In this document: positions 1 to 6,910 of the stretch, in pieces | How the letters are laid out: every line of letters begins with the position of its first letter | Position numbering within the stretch: the stretch's first letter is position 1 | Assembly: GCA_020056635.1 (NCBI GenBank) | Contig: JAGVHI010000016.1 | Location: 4,702-68,701, forward strand | Direction of reading: 5' to 3' | DNA from: an archaeon | GTDB lineage: Archaea > Micrarchaeota > Micrarchaeia > Anstonellales > Anstonellaceae | DNA: 64,000 nt | Made by a program: the position numbers and the translations under genes | The notes under the pieces: model-generated | Seen by the model: only the letters and a program-made list of their open reading frames with translations | Database searches by the model: none | What the model was told of the DNA's origin: nothing

Positions 1-42
1 GCTTTCCGATACTCGGCGAATCCTCGGTTTCGGTACCCTGAT

Positions 43-52
43 TTTTAAATAT
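43..52 (+). promoter_or_regulatory. TATA-like box upstream of the ATPase operon
   Basis: TTTTTAAATA lies about 45 nt upstream of the ATG at 96. A purine-rich AAGGGG sits 6 nt before the ATG. Confidence 0.35.
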
Positions 53-95
53 TGATTGGCACAACCTAATCAGACGTTTCATTAAGGGGCAAATC

Positions 96-2147
96 ATGAA
101 AGTTCGCGAGATGGAGTTGTACTCCGAAAAGGTGAAGGAGGATGACATCCGAAACCTGCTTGGGCAGATAGTCAAATCCCGGCTTCCCCTATTCGGCTTC
201 CTGGACTTTTCCGACCTCTTCTCATTCAATTACGTGAACCTCATAATCACGCGCAAGAACAATACTGTAAAGTTCTTCGTGAAGGAGCGCAGGCATTTGC
301 ACAACCTATCCGCTCTGCTTTTCCCGTTCAAGCTCTCCGAGCCAACAGAAGTGCAGTACGCAAAAGCCCCAATCTCAATCCCCCCACGCTTCTACATACT
401 CGGGGGAAAGCACGATTTCCTTGATTTCATGCTTAAGGAAAACGTTCTTGAGCTGCACCTTCACCTCTCGCGCTTTTTGGGCGGCGATTTTTCAATCGGC
501 TCAGCCACTTACGAGAACGGGCGCAAGGGCGTAATAATAGTCCCCAACCCCTCCCGCTTCCTGGTTGTCGACCTTGAGAAGAACCCCTCAATATACATTG
601 AATTGCTCGAGCCAATCCCCAAGCGCATGTCCACCACCTCGCGCTTCCCGGCATTCGAGGAAACCGGAATGACTTTGGGCGTTGACAATTACGACCCTTT
701 CCAGCACTCGATGGTGGTGGGAGCATCCGGAACAGGGAAAAGCAAGGCGCTCTACATCATCCTTCGCGCCATGGAGGAGATGCACAAGGATGGCGTGCGC
801 ATGATAATACTCGACCCGCACGGCGAGTTCGCGCGCATGTACAAGCACCGCGCAAAAATCGTGAATTTCATCGATAATTACGTTGAGCCCCTTGACATGG
901 GCGGGAACAAGACCCCGCTTATGACCCAGCTTATCGCGCAACTTGTTTCAAGCACAATAGGGCAGGAGAACAAGTACTCGGAGCGCGTGCTGTTCTATGC
1001 AGTGCACCTGCTCACCTCAATTGAGAAGCTCGACCTTTCCAATATAGCGGCCCTGCTCACGGACTCTTCAGTCCGCGCTGAATTCGTCTCCTCATGCGAC
1101 AATGATGAAGTGAAGAGATTTTTTGATGAGGAGTTCAACGACATCTACATCCACCACTTCAATGACGCCATACTCCCTATTCTCAATTTCGTAGGGGAAT
1201 ACAAACTGTACTTGGGGAAGCAGATGAAGCAGGAGAGCCTGCTTTCGCTGCTTCGCACCAACCGCGTCACAGTGGTCTCATTCGACCCGCACTTTTTTGG
1301 AAAGCGCATGATTTCTTTCCTTGCAGGCGCAATCATAAACCAGATGTACATCCTTGCAATCACTGGCCAGATTCAGGACAAGCCAACTATACTTGCGATT
1401 GATGAGTTCTCCCGCGTGGAGACAAAGGTCACAAAGGACATATTGGTTGAAACGCGCAAATTCAACCTCTACCTTTACATGTCGGTCCAATACCTCAATC
1501 AGCTCTCAAAAGAGGTATACGATTCCATCATAGGGAACGTGCGCAACATAGTGGCATTCAAGCTCTCGCGCCAGGATGCCACTTCAATTTCCTCGATAAT
1601 GGAAATCAAGATTGAGGAGTTCTTCAAGAAGAGCCGCTCGCAAACAGAACTGGAAGAATCAAAGAAGGAGATGTTCGTCCGGCTTCACCAGCGCGAGTGC
1701 ATAGTCCGCTTCTTTGACGGGAAGAAATACATGCTGCCCATGAAAGTGCGGGCTGTGGATGCGAAGAAATGGGGCTGGAACGAGAGCATGGAGGTAAAGG
1801 AGTCCCGCGAGGTAACAGATTCGGAATCCCCCTTCCCGCCGCCTAAAGGGCCATCGCAAGGTGGAAGGGTTGTTCCAAGCGAGCAACCTCCATTGCAGCA
1901 AGCGGGGCGGGCCGAGCCAAATGAGCAACCTCCACCGCAGCAAGTGGCTCGTACTCCTGCGCAAGCTGCACAGCACCCGGGAGCCAGTTCGCACGCACCT
2001 GCAGCGCAAGAACCCCCTCCAACCAAGGTGCGCGTTTCTCCTCCAGCTTCGGGAGAGCAGGGCTCGCCATTCCACAGGCTCAAAGACGCGCACGAGGGCG
2101 GGCACTCAAGGCTGCCAAGCGCGCTAAGGAAGAAGAAGGATGAGTAA
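96..2147 (+). CDS. HerA/FtsK-type (DUF87-like) P-loop ATPase with an unknown ~200-aa N-terminal domain and a Pro/Gln-rich C-terminal tail
   Basis: 683-aa ORF. Walker A GASGTGKS (nt 720-743) is followed by ILDPHGEF. Walker B-like ILAIDEFSRV and ETRKFNLYLYMSVQ are present. The tail is low-complexity (SEQPPLQQ / NEQPPPQQ). Confidence 0.7.
   Translation: MKVREMELYSEKVKEDDIRNLLGQIVKSRLPLFGFLDFSDLFSFNYVNLIITRKNNTVKFFVKERRHLHNLSALLFPFKLSEPTEVQYAKAPISIPPRFYILGGKHDFLDFMLKENVLELHLHLSRFLGGDFSIGSATYENGRKGVIIVPNPSRFLVVDLEKNPSIYIELLEPIPKRMSTTSRFPAFEETGMTLGVDNYDPFQHSMVVGASGTGKSKALYIILRAMEEMHKDGVRMIILDPHGEFARMYKHRAKIVNFIDNYVEPLDMGGNKTPLMTQLIAQLVSSTIGQENKYSERVLFYAVHLLTSIEKLDLSNIAALLTDSSVRAEFVSSCDNDEVKRFFDEEFNDIYIHHFNDAILPILNFVGEYKLYLGKQMKQESLLSLLRTNRVTVVSFDPHFFGKRMISFLAGAIINQMYILAITGQIQDKPTILAIDEFSRVETKVTKDILVETRKFNLYLYMSVQYLNQLSKEVYDSIIGNVRNIVAFKLSRQDATSISSIMEIKIEEFFKKSRSQTELEESKKEMFVRLHQRECIVRFFDGKKYMLPMKVRAVDAKKWGWNESMEVKESREVTDSESPFPPPKGPSQGGRVVPSEQPPLQQAGRAEPNEQPPPQQVARTPAQAAQHPGASSHAPAAQEPPPTKVRVSPPASGEQGSPFHRLKDAHEGGHSRLPSALRKKKDE
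1881..1944 (+). repeat. Imperfect 22-nt direct repeat (period 42 nt) encoding the EQPPxQQ tail repeats
   Basis: gagcaacctccattgcagcaag (1881-1902) versus gagcaacctccaccgcagcaag (1923-1944), with 2 mismatches. Confidence 0.8.
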
Positions 2148-3720
2148 TAACATGCCTTCGCAGACATACGATTTGCTCAACCGCGCATGGAAATCGACTA
2201 GCAAAGTGATTTTCGGCGAACCGCTTGGCGAGTTGGCTGATTATGAGGAATGGCTCTCGCAGCTCCAGGGCAAAATGCGCGTTGAAACCTCCTCGATTTC
2301 CGGAAAGCCTGTCTATTTCGCGTTAAACGACTATTGCAAGGATGCGAAATTCCTAAGCTTTGACGAAGTAAAGCCCAGTGCAAAGTACGAGCCTCTCAAT
2401 ATCAACGAGATTAAGGACATCGATTCCATCCTGAATGGCTTGAGGGAGCAGTTCGAATACACAGGAAACCGCTTTCTTGGGAACAGCAATTTTGTCGAAT
2501 CATCCGACATAGTGCTCGATTCTCAGTTCATCTATAACTCCACGAACATTGAACAGTCCTCCTACATTTACTCCTCATACATGATGCGGAGGGGCAGCAA
2601 GCACGTTTTCGGCTCAGGCTGGACCGCAAATGGGGAATTCCTGCTTCGAGTTGTTGCAGGAATCGATATCCACCGGTGCTTTGAATCGCACTTCATAGGC
2701 GAATCAAGCGACCTTTTCTTCTGCTTCAACTGCAACGGATGCCACAACATGCTGTTCTCATTTGGCCAGAGGAACAAGGGCCATCTGATCGGCAACCTCG
2801 CATTACCGAAAGACAAATTTGCGGAACTCAAAGCAAAGCTATTGAGCGAGGCATTCACTCAGCTCAGAGCTGACAAGCGCTTTCCCTCCCTTTTTCAGCT
2901 TGTTCCCAACAAAACCCCAACTGCGCTTCCGAAATTGGCTGCTTCGAAATTGGAACATGGCGACATGCGGCCAATAGAAAAAGGCTTTTCCTCAACTTAT
3001 GAGGTAATGCTGAAACGAAAACCCATAAGCATAACCGCGCTTGAAAGCTGGCTTGGCAACCACACTGTCAGGCTTGCGGAAGCACGGACCCCATTTGGCG
3101 ACGAAACATATACCCCTCTCAATCACGGCATAATATCAGAAATGCCAAACAAGCGGCTTGTGACTATCGAGGAATCGTTCGAGCTTGGCAAAATAGCCCT
3201 TGATGAAACGTCAATTTCATCACTGGATAAAATAATTGGCGCACTTGATAAAATTGCATTCTTCAGCGCGGAATTCATAACAGGCGAGAACCATAACATA
3301 ATAAAATCGCCCCTCCTGCTCAGCAGCGCCAACATATACAAGGGATATGAAGCGACTTATTCCGAAAACACAGGTCTAACCTCCCTTTCCCTGCACTCGA
3401 AAAATGTTTATGGCTGCCACCGGATAATAGAATCCCAGTTCTGCCTCAAATGCTACAATTCCCTTTACCTGAACCGGTGCTTCGAGCTTGATGCCTGCCT
3501 AAAATGCGCAGACTCCTACTTCTGCCACAATTCCGAAGCATTGGGCGATTGCATGTTCTGCTTCAATGCAAAGGGAAAGAGGCACGCAATAGGAAACAAT
3601 GAGCTTGAGCTTGTAAAATACAAATCTGTAAAGGATTCTGTGCTTGAGCAAATAGCAGATGAGCTTGAGAAAAAGAAATCGCTCCACTACGACATTTTCA
3701 ACATAGGTGCCAAAGGCTAA
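2140..3720 (+). CDS. Cysteine-rich repeat protein A (unknown family; two copies of a ~240-aa module)
   Basis: 526-aa ORF whose start overlaps the ATPase stop by 8 nt. Motifs include CFESHFIGESSDLFFCFNCNGC...LFSFGQRNKGHLIGN and CLKCYNSLYLNRCFELDACLKCADSYFCHNSEALGDCMFCFNAKGKRHAIGN. It is a clear paralog of the next ORF. Confidence 0.75.
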   Translation: MSNNMPSQTYDLLNRAWKSTSKVIFGEPLGELADYEEWLSQLQGKMRVETSSISGKPVYFALNDYCKDAKFLSFDEVKPSAKYEPLNINEIKDIDSILNGLREQFEYTGNRFLGNSNFVESSDIVLDSQFIYNSTNIEQSSYIYSSYMMRRGSKHVFGSGWTANGEFLLRVVAGIDIHRCFESHFIGESSDLFFCFNCNGCHNMLFSFGQRNKGHLIGNLALPKDKFAELKAKLLSEAFTQLRADKRFPSLFQLVPNKTPTALPKLAASKLEHGDMRPIEKGFSSTYEVMLKRKPISITALESWLGNHTVRLAEARTPFGDETYTPLNHGIISEMPNKRLVTIEESFELGKIALDETSISSLDKIIGALDKIAFFSAEFITGENHNIIKSPLLLSSANIYKGYEATYSENTGLTSLSLHSKNVYGCHRIIESQFCLKCYNSLYLNRCFELDACLKCADSYFCHNSEALGDCMFCFNAKGKRHAIGNNELELVKYKSVKDSVLEQIADELEKKKSLHYDIFNIGAKG

Positions 3721-3723
3721 ACC

Positions 3724-5274
3724 ATGGACATAAACGGCGCGTTCAAACGCACTTTCAAGCTCATATTTGGGCAGTGCAACCTCGAGTTGGATGACCTCAA
3801 GGAATACCTTTTGAGCTACCAGCCCCCTTTTGTAATGAGGAAATCAAGCCTCTCAGGCAAGCAGGTCGCACTCTGCAACGGCAACTACCCGGCTTCTGCA
3901 AAATTCATCTCAGAAGATGAAATCGATTTCAATAAGAAATTTAACCCGCTTGGAATAAACGAAATAAAAGACATGGATTCGCTTGTTGCGGCTGCCCGAG
4001 AGCGGCTCTATTACGCAGGGAACAAGGTGCTTGGGAACTCCAATTTCGTGACAGAGTCTGACACCTGCTTCGACCTCTCATTTTCGAAATACGGGCACAA
4101 CAACATCTCCTCAAAATACATTGCCTATTCCTCCTACATCCGAAGCAATTCCTCCTTCATTTTCGGGGGCTGCTACATGGGCCGCTCAAGCCACGCAATC
4201 CACTCAAGCGCGTTCGTGGATTCCACGCGGTGCTTCGAATCCTACATGACCTACAACTCCTCTGACATGTTCGCCTGCTATAATTGCAGGGGCTGCACGC
4301 AGACAATGTTCTCATTCAACCTGCGGAACAAGAAATACTGCATAGGCAATCTCGAGCTTCCCAAGGAAAAATACCTTGCGATAAGGGAAAAGCTCGTCTC
4401 GGAAAGCAGGGAATACATAGAGAAAAACAGGAAATTCTACCCTGTTTTCAGCCTCAATCTGTGTGCGCCGCGGACTGGTGCCCTATCCATTCCAGCTCTC
4501 AAATCTGAAACCACAGACCCTGCCCCAATAGACTTGGCTTTCAAAAAAACCTGCAACATTCTTTTTGGGCACGAAATCGGCCCTCTGCAACAGTACGAAA
4601 AATTCCTCTCAAAGCGCATTGGTGAAATTGAGCGCCACAAATCGGTTTTCGGGAACGAAACCACTCTTCCCCCTATGTTTTTCTATGCTCATCTCCCAAG
4701 GGGCAGGCTGTTAAATGCGCAGGAGGCAGAGGTAGCAGGAAAAATAAGCATGGACGAAGAGAAACTAAATGGCCTTGGGACCCTGCTCCAAAACCTCGGG
4801 AAAATTGCGCTCTACCCATCCGAGCTAAGGCTTGGGGAAAACCGCAATCTCATCGAAACCCCATTTGCAATAGATGCAGTAAGCGCATACAAATGCCCGA
4901 ACATTTCCTACTCGAAGAACTGCGGCTGCTCTTTTGCGAACAACTGCGAGAGCGTTTTCGGCTGCTACCGCTCAGTCTATTCCACTTTCTGCATAAGGTG
5001 CTTCTTCGCAACAGGGCTTACCCGCTGCTCTGAGTGCGACGCGTGCGAGAAATGCTCGGACTGCTACTTCTGCCACAATTGCGAGAACCTTCAGGACTGC
5101 ATCCTTTGCTTCAATGCAAAAAACCTGCGCTATGCAATCGGGAACGCAGAGGTCGGAAAGGAGAAATACCTTGAATTCAAGGCAAGATTGCAGGGCTGGA
5201 GTGCCTTATCGCTTGAGCGGGAAAAAGACCTCAAGCACGATATTTTCAACATCGGAAGCAAACAGGCTCAGTAG
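3724..5274 (+). CDS. Cysteine-rich repeat protein B (paralog of 2140..3720)
   Basis: 516-aa ORF starting 3 nt after the previous stop, with the same two-module layout. It carries a seven-Cys C-x2-C ladder, CSECDACEKCSDCYFCHNC (nt 5026-5082). The C-terminus DIFNIGSK is shared with protein A (DIFNIGAK). Confidence 0.75.
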   Translation: MDINGAFKRTFKLIFGQCNLELDDLKEYLLSYQPPFVMRKSSLSGKQVALCNGNYPASAKFISEDEIDFNKKFNPLGINEIKDMDSLVAAARERLYYAGNKVLGNSNFVTESDTCFDLSFSKYGHNNISSKYIAYSSYIRSNSSFIFGGCYMGRSSHAIHSSAFVDSTRCFESYMTYNSSDMFACYNCRGCTQTMFSFNLRNKKYCIGNLELPKEKYLAIREKLVSESREYIEKNRKFYPVFSLNLCAPRTGALSIPALKSETTDPAPIDLAFKKTCNILFGHEIGPLQQYEKFLSKRIGEIERHKSVFGNETTLPPMFFYAHLPRGRLLNAQEAEVAGKISMDEEKLNGLGTLLQNLGKIALYPSELRLGENRNLIETPFAIDAVSAYKCPNISYSKNCGCSFANNCESVFGCYRSVYSTFCIRCFFATGLTRCSECDACEKCSDCYFCHNCENLQDCILCFNAKNLRYAIGNAEVGKEKYLEFKARLQGWSALSLEREKDLKHDIFNIGSKQAQ

Positions 5275-6218
5275 AACGGCACTTCATACCTTACAGAGGA
5301 ATAGACAATCGCTTCCTCGCCGATTTTCTTCTCGCCAATCCTAATCATCGCACCTTTTGGCGAGGGTTCGAAATAAGCTGAAAGTATCGCATGGTTGTCC
5401 GGCAGCTTCCTAATCCTGGAAGAAATCGAGTTGTTCCCGAGCATCCCTATAAGCGCGTATTTTGTCGCATCCGTGAACTCGATTGCCATTTTCCGCTTGC
5501 TAGTCACGCTCTGCAATGTAACATGCTTTCTGTCTATGCTCATCCACCCGGCCTTCTCCCCTTTCATGAACTCGAATATCCTGCTTCTCCTCTCCTCGAC
5601 TGAGTGCCTTATCCTCTCAAGCGTGTGCCTCTCCGAAACAGTCGCAGCGCGCCTTTTCACATTCAGTATGTGCCCTTTTGCAAATTCAATCCTGCCTTTC
5701 ATGCCGCTCTTGTGCTTTCCGGACTCAAGCATCATGCTATGCTCGAACTCAAGCATGTTCTTCTCCGCATTTTCCGCATCCCTCTCGAAAATTGAGAATT
5801 TCCCAAGCAAATCGACAACATTCTCCCCCTGCCCAGATGCCTCATGTATTTCGGAAAGCCTGCTCTCAAGCTTCCCAAAAAGCCTCTTTAGCGCCTCAAG
5901 CCGAGAAGCGTATTTTTCGTGGTTCGAGAGTATCACAGTATCCTCGACCACCTGCTCCATCTCCTGCAAGTCGGTCGTGAGCTTGTCCGCAAGCACCACT
6001 GCCTCATTTAGCTCAAGCTCGGAATCGGACTGCATCCTGGAGAGCGATTCGCACCTGCCGCACGCCTCCTCAAGCCTCTCGCGCATCGACTCAAGCCTCT
6101 CCTCGTGCTCAAGCGATGCCACAAGCCTGTCCAGTATGCGCTCAGCTTTCGAATTGAGGGTCTGCAGCCTAAGTTGGCATTTCTTCAAGGAGTAGTCTTT
6201 CTGCCTTGCAGGTCGCAT
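5268..6218 (-). CDS. Coiled-coil protein, function unknown
   Basis: 316-aa ORF. The N-terminal ~200 aa are Glu/Leu/Arg-rich and heptad-like (LEHEERLESMRERLEEA, LQEMEQVVEDT). The C-terminal ~90 aa look globular. Its 3' end overlaps the convergent gene by 7 nt. Confidence 0.55.
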   Translation of the reverse strand: MRPARQKDYSLKKCQLRLQTLNSKAERILDRLVASLEHEERLESMRERLEEACGRCESLSRMQSDSELELNEAVVLADKLTTDLQEMEQVVEDTVILSNHEKYASRLEALKRLFGKLESRLSEIHEASGQGENVVDLLGKFSIFERDAENAEKNMLEFEHSMMLESGKHKSGMKGRIEFAKGHILNVKRRAATVSERHTLERIRHSVEERRSRIFEFMKGEKAGWMSIDRKHVTLQSVTSKRKMAIEFTDATKYALIGMLGNNSISSRIRKLPDNHAILSAYFEPSPKGAMIRIGEKKIGEEAIVYSSVRYEVPFY

Positions 6219-6250
6219 ACCGCAAATAGGTGCTGTTTTGCTTTAAAAAG

Positions 6251-6838
6251 CTAACTTATCGCGCTTGCCAGGCGGAAATCCACAAACTCCCGGATTCTGG
6301 CTGTGAACCCAATTACCTTTGTAACTGCCTCATTCTGCCTCTGCCGCTCGCGTTCCTTCATCCTAGATAGCGTCGGCCCAAGCACCACAAGTGTTGCAGC
6401 CGCGATTATCACAGCCATTTCCCCGCCCCCTATATGCCCGATGCCAAGAGGGCTTCCTTCGCCGCTTCCCTTGCTCCAGCTTGGCGTATCAGAAAAATCC
6501 AAGGACGGCAGAAAAGGGATTGTGAGAGCCGCACCCAGTACTGCATCATAAATGCGTGTGCCAAACCCGGCTTTTATCCTACTCGGGGTTGATGGTTCCT
6601 GGGAAAGAAGCTTGGTTGCCTCAAAAAAAACCGAGCGCTCAAGCGCAACCCTTGCATCTTTATCCAGCCGCCTCGCAGCAGGGACGTGTTCCAGCAGCCT
6701 GCTGAACGGTTTTCTTGAAAATTCGGCATTTGGGTTCCCGCATGCGCGGATTACCCCAAGTGAATCAAAAGGCCTGATATAGCCTCCGGACTGGAGCGGA
6801 ACCGCTATTCCTTTTAGCATTCTGCCTGCCTGGCTCAT
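6251..6838 (-). CDS. Hypothetical protein with one C-terminal transmembrane segment
   Basis: 195-aa ORF with the hydrophobic stretch MAVIIAAATLVVLGPTL followed by a basic segment. An AT-rich TATA-like region lies upstream (6860-6890, minus strand). Confidence 0.5.
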   Translation of the reverse strand: MSQAGRMLKGIAVPLQSGGYIRPFDSLGVIRACGNPNAEFSRKPFSRLLEHVPAARRLDKDARVALERSVFFEATKLLSQEPSTPSRIKAGFGTRIYDAVLGAALTIPFLPSLDFSDTPSWSKGSGEGSPLGIGHIGGGEMAVIIAAATLVVLGPTLSRMKERERQRQNEAVTKVIGFTARIREFVDFRLASAIS

Positions 6839-6910
6839 GTGTACCCCTTATGTTATTTAATAAGATATTTTATGTATTTCTGTTTATAACCCTTTCCCCC
6901 TCCTCACCTC

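Noticed and set aside
5395-6195. Long antisense or alternative-frame ORFs inside well-supported genes. Examples are 5395..6195(+), 8007..8660(+), 12017..12808(+), 25526..26404(+), 31898..32737(+) and 59579..60532(-).
   Set aside because: Their translations are Ser/Pro/Arg/Cys-rich low-complexity strings without motifs. The overlapping frames carry clear catalytic or family motifs. These are typical shadow ORFs in moderately GC-rich coding DNA.
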